Shown: positions 16,592 through 25,806, counted from the first letter of the stretch. The stretch: 64,000 nt of DNA from Candidatus Aquilonibacter sp. (GCA_035504945.1 DATJRH010000047.1:2157-66156); one strand, 5' to 3'. The notes: generated by a model not told the origin, from the sequence alone. Numbers and translations are program-made.

Positions 16592-18574
16592 ATGAAAAAA
16601 GTCGCGCTGGTTTTTGTGCTCGCGGTGCTGCTGCCGAGCCTTGTGCTCGCGTGGCTGGCCGTGCGCTCGCTACGCGACCAGCAATTCCTGCTGGAGCACC
16701 AGCAGGCGTTGCTGGACCAGCGCGCCACTGATTCGCTCGCGCAAAACATTTCCGATTACCTCGCGCAGCAGCAGCAGGAATTCAGCGCGCGAGTCGAAAC
16801 GCTCGCCGCCGGCAAGGACGCGCAGGAGGTGGCCGGCCAATTCGACGGCGAAATCCGCCAAAGCTGGCCGCTCGCCGAGGTCGGTTTCTGCGTCACGCTT
16901 TCGGGAAAAATTCTTTCGCCTTCGCAAAGCGCGCGCGCGGCGTCACAAACATTTTATGAGAACAACAGCGATTTTCTCGGCAACCGCGAATCGGCCGAAG
17001 TTTATGGACTGAACGGCAACGCCAATGCGGCTCAAAATGTTTTTCAAAGCTCCCTTCGCGGCGGGACAAGCCAGTTGCTCGCGTTCAGCTCCTTTTCCGG
17101 CACCGCGGCACAGAACCAATCGCCGCCGGCGTCAACCGCCGCGCCGGCTGCCTTCGCGCTACAGAAGGAAAAATCGCTGCTTGGCGAAGCTAAAGCCGCC
17201 GACACCGTGGCGCCGCCGGAGGAAACATCTCAACGCGACCTTTCGCAAACGGCAACCGTGAGCGGCATAATCAACGAACAGCAGGTGCAACTAGACAAAC
17301 CGCAGACGCGCAAAGTCAGCCCGCAAAACGTGGCTTATGACCAGCTTAAAGATTCTTCCGGCGCCATGGAGCAAAATTTGTCCAAGGTCATCCCCGCCGA
17401 AGCCGAATTCGCCCAACTTGTCGGCAGCGGCACGGATGGGATGCTTGCCCGATTTTTGCAAAACAAACTGGAGCTGTTGTTCTGGCATCGCTTGAGCACC
17501 GAACCCGATTTGGTTTTTGGCGCCGAATTGAATCTCAACCGCGTCGTCGCCGGTTTGCGCGGACTCGTCCAGCCCGATCCCGCGCTGCAAAATGAAATTT
17601 GCCTCGCCATTTTGGACGACAACGCCCGGCCTGTGGCTCTTTCGCGCGCGGGTTTTCAGGCGAACTGGAAACACCCGTTCGTCGCCACCGAAATTGGCGA
17701 CGCGCTGCCGCATTGGGAAGCCGCCGCGTATCTCGTCAATCCCGCGCAGCTCACGCAGGCCGCGCGCACCGCCGAACTTACGCTCGGCTTGCTCATCGGC
17801 GTGCTCGTGCTGGCCATCGGCGTCGGAAGCTGGCTCATCGTCACCAGCCTGAATGCCGAGCTCAAACTCGCGCGGCAGAAAACTGATTTTGTCAGCAACG
17901 TTTCGCACGAATTGAAAACGCCGCTCACGTCCATCCGCATGTTTTCCGAATTACTCGCCGAAAATCGCGTCGCCGACCACGCGAAGCAGCGCTCGTATTT
18001 GCAAATCATCACCGCCGAGGCCGCGCGGCTCACGCGGCTCATCAACAACGTCCTTGATTTCTCTCGCATGGAACGCGGCGAAAAGAAATACAATTTCCAA
18101 CCGTGCGATTTGACGGAGATTGTCCGCGCGACGGTGGAAACGTTCCGTCCGCACCTCGAAGCGAACGGATTCAAGCTGGACAGCGAATTGCCGGAGACGA
18201 AAATTCCGGTTCGCGGCGACAATGACGCGCTCTCGCAAGTCATTGTCAATCTGCTGTCCAACGCGGAAAAGTATTCCAACGGCGGGAAAGAAATCACGCT
18301 GCAACTGGCGCAGAAGCAATCGCCGCTGCCGCACGTCGAGGTAAAAATAATGGACCGCGGCTCCGGCGTGCCGCGCGGCAGCGAGGAAAAGATTTTCGAG
18401 AAATTTTACCGCGCGCACGATTCCTTGAGCAGCGGCATTCAGGGGTCGGGACTCGGCTTGACGATTGCGCGGCAAATCGCCCGCGCACACGGCGGCGACG
18501 TGGTTTATGAACGTCGCGAAGGCGGCGGCAGTTGTTTTATTTTGCGGTTGCCACTTTCGGGGGGCACGGCATGA
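16592..18574 (+). CDS. Sensor histidine kinase (large periplasmic/extracytoplasmic domain, HisKA + HATPase_c)
   Basis: 660 aa with two TM segments, H-box FVSNVSHELKTPLTSI, N-box LLSNAEKYS and G-boxes DRGSGV / GSGLGL. Confidence 0.85.
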   Translation: MKKVALVFVLAVLLPSLVLAWLAVRSLRDQQFLLEHQQALLDQRATDSLAQNISDYLAQQQQEFSARVETLAAGKDAQEVAGQFDGEIRQSWPLAEVGFCVTLSGKILSPSQSARAASQTFYENNSDFLGNRESAEVYGLNGNANAAQNVFQSSLRGGTSQLLAFSSFSGTAAQNQSPPASTAAPAAFALQKEKSLLGEAKAADTVAPPEETSQRDLSQTATVSGIINEQQVQLDKPQTRKVSPQNVAYDQLKDSSGAMEQNLSKVIPAEAEFAQLVGSGTDGMLARFLQNKLELLFWHRLSTEPDLVFGAELNLNRVVAGLRGLVQPDPALQNEICLAILDDNARPVALSRAGFQANWKHPFVATEIGDALPHWEAAAYLVNPAQLTQAARTAELTLGLLIGVLVLAIGVGSWLIVTSLNAELKLARQKTDFVSNVSHELKTPLTSIRMFSELLAENRVADHAKQRSYLQIITAEAARLTRLINNVLDFSRMERGEKKYNFQPCDLTEIVRATVETFRPHLEANGFKLDSELPETKIPVRGDNDALSQVIVNLLSNAEKYSNGGKEITLQLAQKQSPLPHVEVKIMDRGSGVPRGSEEKIFEKFYRAHDSLSSGIQGSGLGLTIARQIARAHGGDVVYERREGGGSCFILRLPLSGGTA

Positions 18575-19266
18575 AAACAAAAATTCTCATCGTCGAGGAT
18601 GACCCGCACATTTTGCTGGGTTTGGAGGAAGTGTTGAAGAGCGACGGCTTCGACGTGGCGTCGTGCAATCGCGGCGACCTCGCGCTTGACGCCGCCACAA
18701 AACACAGGCCCGCGCTCGTGGTGCTGGACGTGATGCTGCCCGGCGCGAGCGGCTACGACGTTTGTAAGCGACTGCGCGCGAAAAAATTTGCCGCGCCGAT
18801 TCTCATGCTTACCGCCAAGGGGCAGGAAATTGACAAGGTCGTCGGCCTTGATCTCGGCGCAGACGATTACGTGACCAAGCCGTTTGGCGTCCGCGAATTG
18901 CTCGCGCGCATCCACGCGCTGCTGCGGCGCGGCGGCGGCGAGGCCTCGGCGCAAGCCGTCGACGACAAGCCATTCACAATCGGCGGCGCGACGATTGATC
19001 CGAAAACATTCCAGGTGAAGCACGGGAAAGCCGTGGAGGAGCTTACGGCCAAGGAATTGAAACTGCTCCAGATTTTCCACGCGCACGCGGGCGAGGTGCT
19101 GTCGCGCGACAAATTGCTGAACGAAGCCTGGGGCTACAATTATTATGGCACGACGCGCACGCTGGACCAGGTCATTATGCAGCTTCGCAAAAAACTCGGT
19201 GACAACGGCGGTGAGCCGCGACATCTGCTTACCATCCACGGCGTCGGCTACAAACTGGTCGCGTGA
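18571..19266 (+). CDS. OmpR-family response regulator
   Basis: Start MKTKILIVEDD overlaps the kinase stop (ATGA). Receiver domain (DVMLPG, KP) plus a winged-helix C-terminus (...LTAKELKLLQIF...IHGVGYKLV). Confidence 0.9.
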   Translation: MKTKILIVEDDPHILLGLEEVLKSDGFDVASCNRGDLALDAATKHRPALVVLDVMLPGASGYDVCKRLRAKKFAAPILMLTAKGQEIDKVVGLDLGADDYVTKPFGVRELLARIHALLRRGGGEASAQAVDDKPFTIGGATIDPKTFQVKHGKAVEELTAKELKLLQIFHAHAGEVLSRDKLLNEAWGYNYYGTTRTLDQVIMQLRKKLGDNGGEPRHLLTIHGVGYKLVA

Positions 19267-19354
19267 CCGCGGTCGCAAACAAATTCTGCCGGTCAAGAAG
19301 GTGCCAAAGACTCTTAAAATTTGAAATCCACGCCCAAATGCCTCAAAAACCATT

Positions 19355-19477
19355 GCTGAATTTGACAATGGCCAGCTACACGTGTCGAAGGCCATGTCAA
19401 AAATTTACACGACCATCTACACGCGTCGGAAGCCATGTTGAAATTTTACCTGACCATCCCAACGTTTCGACGGTCAG
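19355..19477. repeat. Three exact-register 41-bp tandem units, each with a central 6-8-bp palindrome (degenerate copies flank on both sides)
   Basis: Units 19355-19395, 19396-19436 and 19437-19477, each pair about 26/41 identical by manual alignment. Centres are ACACGTGT, ACGCGT and AACGTT. Outer arms TGGCC/GGCCA and TGACC/GGTCA in units 1 and 3. Confidence 0.8.
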
Positions 19478-19648
19478 GTTGAAAATTGGCGATGTGCAAT
19501 GAGCGCAGCCCGGGCCGGGGACATTGACAAGGCCGTCAAGGACGGTAAATTGCCCCCATGAAACCTTTGGTCCAACCCGGCGGAACTACCCAGAACCACA
19601 GTTCTGCCCACTTCTTCTTAGCCACAGGTTAGGCGTCGTCAGCACACA

Positions 19649-20002
19649 GTGCAAAAATCGAGACACATAATTTTGTTGCTGCTCGTCACACTGGCAGCGA
19701 TTGCTGCGGCTTTGTTCTGGTCGCTCCGTCCCTTGCTCACGCCACTTTTGTATCTTCACCCGACAGATTGGACGGACGCAGACCTTGTCAGGCATATCTG
19801 GCATTTTCGCCTTGTGCAGCCGGAGTGGGTCAGCACTCCGCCGGATTATATGAGATGGTGTGTGGCAGAGACGTTGGCTCGACTTACCGTTGTACTTCTT
19901 GGCTGGGCTGTGAGCATCATGTTTATTGAGCGGCGATATTCCAGGAGTCACAGAAAGCCGACGCCTAACACTGCGCTGGAGCCAACGCCGACTGCCCCTT
20001 GA
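19649..20002 (+). CDS. Cassette ORF 1: small membrane protein (GTG start)
   Basis: 117 aa with 2 hydrophobic segments. Starts 14 nt after GTTAGGC (19628-19634). The C-terminus reads into the repeat element (...PNTALEPTPTAP). AT-richer than flanks. Confidence 0.5.
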   Translation: MQKSRHIILLLLVTLAAIAAALFWSLRPLLTPLLYLHPTDWTDADLVRHIWHFRLVQPEWVSTPPDYMRWCVAETLARLTVVLLGWAVSIMFIERRYSRSHRKPTPNTALEPTPTAP

Positions 20003-20089
20003 GTTTATGGATGGTTTGAGTTATACAACCATTATCGAGCTTGCGGAGCCACTCGCCCGTCGGCGTGGCTCAGCTTTGGACCGTTAGTC
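19963..20089 (+). repeat. attC-like / REP-like inter-cassette element 1 (127 bp)
   Basis: GCCTAAC (RYYYAAC) at 19963-19969 and GTTAGTC at 20083-20089. Internal imperfect stem GAGCCAACGCCGAC (19979-19992) / GTCGGCGTGGCTC (20059-20071) with one bulged base. Confidence 0.5.
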
Positions 20090-20101
20090 GTTTTTGCGGG
20101 T

Positions 20102-20449
20102 ATGAAACTTATCAGAACAAGATTGGTGATTTCGTGGTTGCTATTTGCGGCGTTCCTCGCCGCGCTTTGGCTGCATTTTTACACGGTCGCCATTTTTGTG
20201 CTTTTTCCCGCCATCGTGGTTGCCCGGCTTCGCATACCAACACCGAGGCTTTCCGCATTGGAACGGCGAGTCAGTTGGATTTTCGCTGTGATTTTACTCG
20301 CGGGACCACCTTCCCTGATTATTTTACACCAAGCATTTTCGCCAGCCCTTGCAATGACGGGTGGAATTCTTGGTACCATTTTGGTTTTCGCCTATGGTAT
20401 TTTTATAGATTATTCCAAGTTTAAACAGTCACACGATTCAAGCGCCTAA
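20102..20449 (+). CDS. Cassette ORF 2: small membrane protein
   Basis: 115 aa with 3-4 hydrophobic segments. ATG lies 12 nt after GTTAGTC. The stop TAA (20447-20449) lies inside the next GCCTAAC box. Confidence 0.55.
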   Translation: MKLIRTRLVISWLLFAAFLAALWLHFYTVAIFVLFPAIVVARLRIPTPRLSALERRVSWIFAVILLAGPPSLIILHQAFSPALAMTGGILGTILVFAYGIFIDYSKFKQSHDSSA

Positions 20450-20553
20450 CACCGCGCTGGAGCCAAAGGCGGAAGACGGTTGAAAGTTGATGGTTGAGAG
20501 AAAATTCCTGCTTGCGGTTTTTAGTGCCGTGATTCAGCTTTGGATCGTTAGGC
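20444..20553 (+). repeat. attC-like / REP-like inter-cassette element 2 (110 bp)
   Basis: GCCTAAC (20444-20450) pairs perfectly with GTTAGGC (20547-20553). GAGCCAAAG (20460-20468) pairs with CTTTGGATC (20538-20546), 8/9. The left module is nearly identical to elements 1 and 3. Confidence 0.5.
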
Positions 20554-20560
20554 ACAGGAT

Positions 20561-20803
20561 ATGTTTCTCAGCCCGTGGAATCTTGTTCAGGCCATTCTCT
20601 TTGCACTTGGGATTTGGTGGTGCAAGGAGATACTTTCACGCTGGCGAGATGACCTTGCAAAGCTGCGCAAGCCTGATGACCAGGCAGACCGTGTGGTCGT
20701 TATCATATTCTGGATTATTACAGCTTTGGTTTTGCTGCTATGTGTCCGATTTGCTTTGAATATCGGTGGGAGCATCGTGCGTGGGATTCGAGACCTTCGA
20801 TAA
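20561..20803 (+). CDS. Cassette ORF 3: small membrane protein
   Basis: 80 aa with 2 hydrophobic segments. ATG lies 7 nt after GTTAGGC. Confidence 0.5.
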   Translation: MFLSPWNLVQAILFALGIWWCKEILSRWRDDLAKLRKPDDQADRVVVIIFWIITALVLLLCVRFALNIGGSIVRGIRDLR

Positions 20804-20858
20804 AGCGCAAGGCAGAGCATTTTGGTTTCGGATTGCGCCAGTTGGTATCGAGCCTTGC

Positions 20859-20886
20859 GCCCAACACCGCGCTGGAGCCAAAGGCC
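20859..20886 (+). repeat. Third copy of the left module only (GCCCAACACCGCGCTGGAGCCAAAGGCC)
   Basis: Matches 20444-20471 at nearly every base. No right half (GTTRRRY) follows, and it abuts the 3' end of the convergent TPR gene. Confidence 0.6.
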
Positions 20887-20893
20887 ATGGCTT

Positions 20894-21661
20894 TTACAAT
20901 TTCCCCATCAAACTTTTCGCGCGGCGAATCCAGACGCGGTCGCGTTTGCGCTGGAACGCCGGCGCATGAACATCGTCGCTCAAAACGTCCTTGAGTTCGG
21001 CGCGGGCGAGTTCGGGCTGGTTCTTCGCAAGGTAAAGTTCGGCGAGCTGCACTTTGGCGCGCGGATAGGAATGGCTTTGCGTGATGTGCTGCCAGTATTG
21101 AAGCGCATTGTCGGTTTCGCCAAGTGCGGTGAGTGTTTCGGCCAGCGCCATCATCGTGTGGCCGTAATCATGGTCGGGTTTTTCGTGCATCACGCCTTCG
21201 AGCAGCGGGCGCGCCTCGGCGGGACGTTTCATGCGGACGAGGCATTGGCCAAGATGCGCGCGGGTGTCAATGTCGTTCGGCTCGCGTTCGAGCGCGGCGC
21301 GATAGCACTTCTCGGCGTCGGCCAGTTTTCCGCGTTGAAAATAAACGTCGCCGAGCTGGAAATAATGATAGGCGTTGCCGATGTGATGGATTTGTGATTG
21401 AAGCTGCTTGATGCGCTGGCGGCTTTGCGCGCCGGGCAGTTCAAATCCGCGCGTGGCCGAAGGCGTGGCGCGATAGACGAAAAAGTAATAAAGCAGCGCC
21501 GTGATGCCCCAGCCGATGAGGATGAAAACCGCCCAGAGCCATTCGCGGTTGCGGAGCGCGTGAATGAACATCCAGAGTTGAAAGGCAAAGACCGGGAGCA
21601 GCCACAAATGATGCAGCAGATAACCGAAATTCAGCAGATTCGTCATCAACGAAGTGAACAT
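20894..21661 (-). CDS. Membrane-anchored tetratricopeptide (TPR) repeat protein
   Basis: 255 aa with two N-terminal TM helices followed by TPR-like repeats (YFQLGDVYFQRGKLADAEKCYRAALEREPND...). Confidence 0.75.
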   Translation of the reverse strand: MFTSLMTNLLNFGYLLHHLWLLPVFAFQLWMFIHALRNREWLWAVFILIGWGITALLYYFFVYRATPSATRGFELPGAQSRQRIKQLQSQIHHIGNAYHYFQLGDVYFQRGKLADAEKCYRAALEREPNDIDTRAHLGQCLVRMKRPAEARPLLEGVMHEKPDHDYGHTMMALAETLTALGETDNALQYWQHITQSHSYPRAKVQLAELYLAKNQPELARAELKDVLSDDVHAPAFQRKRDRVWIRRAKSLMGKL

Positions 21662-21775
21662 GGCGACAGGTTAAATTAAAAATGTCTCGTGGTAAAATGA
21701 CTAATTCCCCCAATTCGGACGGGTCAGTTGAGCGTTTGAGAATTTTCTTGTCCTCATGGTTTCATCATTTGCCCT

Positions 21776-22567
21776 TTGAATTGGCGGCTTGTTTTTGCCG
21801 TCAATTCTCTTTATCAATTTGCGCTCCGCGTGAACGACGCTTTGATCATCGTGCCGACTTACAATGAGCGGGCCAATCTCCCGCGCATGGCGCAAAGGCT
21901 TTTGGCGCTGCCGGTCGCGGTGGATTTGCTCGTCGTGGACGACAATTCGCCGGACGGCACCGGCAAAATCGCGGACGAACTGGCGGCGGAAAATCCGCGC
22001 GTCCACGTTTTGCATCGCAATGAAAAAAACGGGCTGGGCCGCGCTTACATCGCCGGGTTCAAATGGGCGCTGGAGCATGGCTACGAATTTATTTTTGAAA
22101 TGGACTGCGATTTTTCGCACGACCCGGAGGACATTCCCAAATTTCTCGACGCGGCGAAAAATGAAAATGCCGACCTCGTGCTCGGCTCGCGTTATTCCGG
22201 CGGCATTCGCGTCATCAACTGGCCGTTGCGCCGGCTGATGTTGAGCCGCACGGCGGGCATTTACGTCAAGGTCGTCACCGGGATGCCGTTTACCGACCCG
22301 ACCGGCGGTTACAAATGTTTCCGCCGCCGCGCGCTGCAAGCCGTCAACCTCGATGACGTGCGCTCGAACGGCTACAGTTTCCAGATTGAAATGACCCACA
22401 AGCTCTGGCGGCAGGGATTCAAAATTGTCGAGACGCCGATTATTTTCACCGAACGCGCCGAGGGCCATTCGAAGATGGCCGGCGGCATCATCAACGAGGC
22501 GTTTTGGATGGTTTGGCGGCTGTGGTGGCAAAATGGGCTGCGCCGCTCGCCGCGCAAACGCAAATGA
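21776..22567 (+). CDS. GT2 polyprenol/dolichyl-phosphate mannosyltransferase-like glycosyltransferase
   Basis: IIVPTYNERANL...VVDDNSPDGT...LHRNEKNGLGRAYIAGF...EMDCDFSHDP. An alternative GTG start at 21830 is plausible. Confidence 0.85.
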   Translation: MNWRLVFAVNSLYQFALRVNDALIIVPTYNERANLPRMAQRLLALPVAVDLLVVDDNSPDGTGKIADELAAENPRVHVLHRNEKNGLGRAYIAGFKWALEHGYEFIFEMDCDFSHDPEDIPKFLDAAKNENADLVLGSRYSGGIRVINWPLRRLMLSRTAGIYVKVVTGMPFTDPTGGYKCFRRRALQAVNLDDVRSNGYSFQIEMTHKLWRQGFKIVETPIIFTERAEGHSKMAGGIINEAFWMVWRLWWQNGLRRSPRKRK

Positions 22568-22604
22568 AATTTGCCAAACGCGCGCGGTGAATTAGATTGC
22601 GCCC

Positions 22605-23168
22605 ATGATTGTTTTAATCGTCGGCACGAACCGGCCGGGCAGCAACACGCGCAAGGTCGCCGCACACGTCGAGGAATTTTACCGCGAACTGAAAGTGCCG
22701 CTGCACGTTCTGGATTTGGCACTATTGCCGCCGGAAATATTCTCGCCGCGCTCCTATCTCGAAAAACCGGAATCCTTCCAGCCATTCGCCGACGCCATTC
22801 TGCAATCCGCCGGGCTGCATGTCGTTACGCCCGAATACAACGGCAGTTTGCCCGGCGTGCTGAAGTATTTCATAGACATGCTGAAATTTCCGGAAAGTTT
22901 CGAGCAGCGCCCGGTCTGTTTCACCGGCTTGGCGGCAGGCGTTTGGGGCGCGCTGCGGCCGGTCGAGCAGTTGCAGGCCATTTTCGGCTACCGCAACGCG
23001 CACATTTATCCAGTCCGCGTTTTTTTGCCGCAAATTTACAATTTGCTCGACGATTCGGGAAAATTGAAGGACGCCGAACTTTTGGAGCGCCTGAAAAAAC
23101 AGGTTGACGGCTTTGTGGATTTTGTGGAAAAGATCAAGGGCGCGAAATTACGCGGCGCAAAAGCCTGA
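22605..23168 (+). CDS. NADPH-dependent FMN reductase family protein
   Basis: 187 aa, MIVLIVGTNRPGSNTRKVA...VTPEYNGSLPGVLKYFID. Confidence 0.8.
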   Translation: MIVLIVGTNRPGSNTRKVAAHVEEFYRELKVPLHVLDLALLPPEIFSPRSYLEKPESFQPFADAILQSAGLHVVTPEYNGSLPGVLKYFIDMLKFPESFEQRPVCFTGLAAGVWGALRPVEQLQAIFGYRNAHIYPVRVFLPQIYNLLDDSGKLKDAELLERLKKQVDGFVDFVEKIKGAKLRGAKA

Positions 23169-23215
23169 ACGTTCTGCGGATAATTCCGTCCAACTCCAAG
23201 GAAAGGACAATCATT

Positions 23216-23749
23216 ATGAAATCAAACTGGTTCGCAACCCGGTTAATCGCCGGGACAATTCTTTTTTCCGCCGCCACGACCTTCGCCGCCACGCCCAAGG
23301 TCGGCGACACCGCGCCGCTATTCACCGGCACAAACCAGGATGGCCAGACCTTCAAGCTGGCCGACCTCATCGGCAAAAAAATCGTATTGCTGTATTTTTA
23401 TCCGAAGGATTTCACCGGCGGTTGCACGAAAGAAGCCTGCGGTTTCCGCGACCGCATGGGCGATTTGCAAACGAACAACGTCGCCGTCGTCGGCGTGAGC
23501 TATGATTCCGTTGCCAGTCACAAAAGTTTTGCCGAAAAATACAACTTGAACTTCACGCTCATCGCCGACCCGGAGGGAAAAATTGTTTCCCTCTATGATG
23601 TAAAGATGCCGATGATGAACATGGCCAAGCGCGTCAGTTTTCTCATCGGGCTGGACGGCAAAATCGTCCACGTGACCGACTCCATGAATCCGCAAACGCA
23701 CTTTGATGAAATGCAAGCCGCCATCGCGGATTTGCAGAAAAAGAATTAA
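23216..23749 (+). CDS. bcp: Secreted peroxiredoxin (Bcp/AhpC-TSA family)
   Basis: 177 aa with a signal peptide and the motif YFYPKDFTGGCTKEAC (peroxidatic Cys). Confidence 0.85.
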   Translation: MKSNWFATRLIAGTILFSAATTFAATPKVGDTAPLFTGTNQDGQTFKLADLIGKKIVLLYFYPKDFTGGCTKEACGFRDRMGDLQTNNVAVVGVSYDSVASHKSFAEKYNLNFTLIADPEGKIVSLYDVKMPMMNMAKRVSFLIGLDGKIVHVTDSMNPQTHFDEMQAAIADLQKKN

Positions 23750-23820
23750 GCCGGGCATTTTCGGTTGCAAAAATTCCGGACTACGCCATCCGTCTGACGC
23801 GGATTTTGCGGTGTCTAATT

Positions 23821-24906
23821 TCACCGTGCAATCCAGCCGCCGCCAACAACCAAGTCGTCCTGATAAAACACCGCCGCTTGGCCGGGAGTAACGGCACGCT
23901 GGGCGGAATGCAGTTTCACTTTCACCGAACCATTGCCGGTCGGCATTACGGTCGCGGGCGTGCCGGGATGGTTGTAACGGATTTTTGCCGTGACTTCGAT
24001 CGGCTCCGTGAGTTTGTCGAACGGAATCCAATTGCAATTCGTCGCGGTGAATTCATCACGGTCGAGCGCCGATTCGTCACCGACCACCACGCGATTGTTT
24101 TCTGTGTCCAACTCGACGACATAAACCGGCTTGGGCGTCGTGATACCAAGCCCGCGCCGCTGGCCGATGGTATAAAATTCAATGCCGTCGTGATGGCCAA
24201 GCACAAGGCCGTGAACGTCCGTGATTTCACCGCGATGCTTTTGCACGAGGTTCGCCTGCTGGAGGAAGCCGCCGTAATTGTTGTCCGGCACGAAGCAAAT
24301 TTCCATGCTCTCCTCCTTGTCGGCGGTCTTGAGCTGGCAATGCCGCGCCACTTCGCGCGTGTCGTTCTTGGTCTTTTCGCCGAGCGGAAAAATCGCGCGC
24401 GCAAGCTGGTCCTGCCGCAGCGAAAAAAGAAAATAACTTTGGTCCTTCCGCAAATCGCGCCCGCGCTTGAGTAAATTGCGCGAGCCGTCCACGCTTTTCT
24501 CAATTCGCGCAAAATGTCCCGTGGCAACAAAATCCGCACCAAGCTGGTCCGCGCGGTCAATGAGCCGGCCAAACTTCAAATTCTGGTTGCACATCACGCA
24601 GGGGTTCGGTGTGCGCCCGGCCTTGTATTCGTCGGCGAAGTATTGAATGACGTGCTTCTGGAATTCCGCCGCCTCGTCAATCAAGTAATACGGGATGTCG
24701 AGCTTGTGGCAGACAGCGCGGGCGTCGGTCACGGCCTGCGGGCCGCAGCACTTGTCCTCGGCGCGGTTCACGCAATCCTGCGGCCAGAGCTTCAGCGTGA
24801 TGCCGATGACGTCGTAGCCCTGCTCCAGCAAAAGCGCCGCCGTCGCGGAGGAATCAACTCCTCCGCTCATGCCGCAGACGACGCGCTGACGCTTTTGCAA
24901 ATTCAC
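23821..24906 (-). CDS. mnmA: tRNA 2-thiouridine(34) synthase MnmA
   Basis: 361 aa, PP-loop CGMSGGVDSS, ...TPNPCVMCN..., ...ATGHFAR.... Confidence 0.95.
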   Translation of the reverse strand: MNLQKRQRVVCGMSGGVDSSATAALLLEQGYDVIGITLKLWPQDCVNRAEDKCCGPQAVTDARAVCHKLDIPYYLIDEAAEFQKHVIQYFADEYKAGRTPNPCVMCNQNLKFGRLIDRADQLGADFVATGHFARIEKSVDGSRNLLKRGRDLRKDQSYFLFSLRQDQLARAIFPLGEKTKNDTREVARHCQLKTADKEESMEICFVPDNNYGGFLQQANLVQKHRGEITDVHGLVLGHHDGIEFYTIGQRRGLGITTPKPVYVVELDTENNRVVVGDESALDRDEFTATNCNWIPFDKLTEPIEVTAKIRYNHPGTPATVMPTGNGSVKVKLHSAQRAVTPGQAAVFYQDDLVVGGGWIAR

Positions 24907-25054
24907 AATGGGACATTATACGATGCGCAGGCGACGTGTAAAATGGTTTGAACAAGCGTGCAATTTCTTAATCCCACTCTTAATCGTAATCGTTCAATTC
25001 CGAAGATTATGATTACGATTAAAATTAAGACAAAACCGACGCACCCGAAGACAA

Positions 25055-25552
25055 TCACAACTGGAAAAACTGGATTTCCCGCGCAAAACTTTTCTCCGAA
25101 TCCGAGGCGTGAATCAGGTTGAACAGAAATTGGTCATCGCCCGGCTGCTGGAATTTCAGCCGATACGGCGCGTTCACTTCCGCCGCCCCCGGCCAGAAAT
25201 CCCCGCGAATCGTTCCCGGCTCCGCCTGCCACGGCCGCGTCGCGCCCACGGCTTTGCGCACTTTCTGGATGGCGCCGGGCCCGCGAAAATGAATGACCTT
25301 CACCGGTCCGTGCGCCATGTATTTCGACGTTCCCTCCAGGCACGGCGGCCGGTCGCCGATGGCCGGAAAATAAAATTCACGCCATTTTTCCTCCGGAAGA
25401 TTTTCGCCGCCCGCGAGCGTCCGTTCGGCGACCACTTTCAATCCCAACGCCTTGAGCCGGCCTTCGACCTGATGATTCAAATTGCGCCAGAAAGAATCCG
25501 GCTTGAGGATGACCAATGTGTTCTCTTCATTGCCGTCTGCCATAGCCCGCAA
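25055..25552 (-). CDS. ndk: Nucleoside-diphosphate kinase family protein (divergent)
   Basis: 165 aa, TLVILKPDS..., GTIRGDF, NLIHASDS (active-site His context). Longer and more divergent than canonical Ndk. Confidence 0.65.
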   Translation of the reverse strand: MRAMADGNEENTLVILKPDSFWRNLNHQVEGRLKALGLKVVAERTLAGGENLPEEKWREFYFPAIGDRPPCLEGTSKYMAHGPVKVIHFRGPGAIQKVRKAVGATRPWQAEPGTIRGDFWPGAAEVNAPYRLKFQQPGDDQFLFNLIHASDSEKSFAREIQFFQL

Positions 25553-25806
25553 TGATGGCTTTCATAGCTCATAACTCAAACGAAAAAACTTGGGGGACAT
25601 TTCAGACATTTATCAATAAATGTCCGCAACCGGCTGTTGGAGACAATATTTTTATTCAAAAGCCGTTGGCGGAATTTAATTGAAGTGCCGGTGTGGCGTG
25701 CGTTCCCGCGAGCCGGATTGAAATCGTGGCGGCGGCTCGGCAGAGCGCCGCTAATTATTCGGAAGAAAATAATGCGGCTTTCTGCCGAAAGCCGCTACGC
25801 CGATTT

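Noticed and set aside
19267-21000. An integron integrase (intI) or any tyrosine recombinase next to the cassette-like array.
   Set aside because: No ORF in 16.5-22.5 kb has recombinase motifs (R..H..R..Y). The array is therefore reported only as CALIN-like or REP-like, not as a complete integron.
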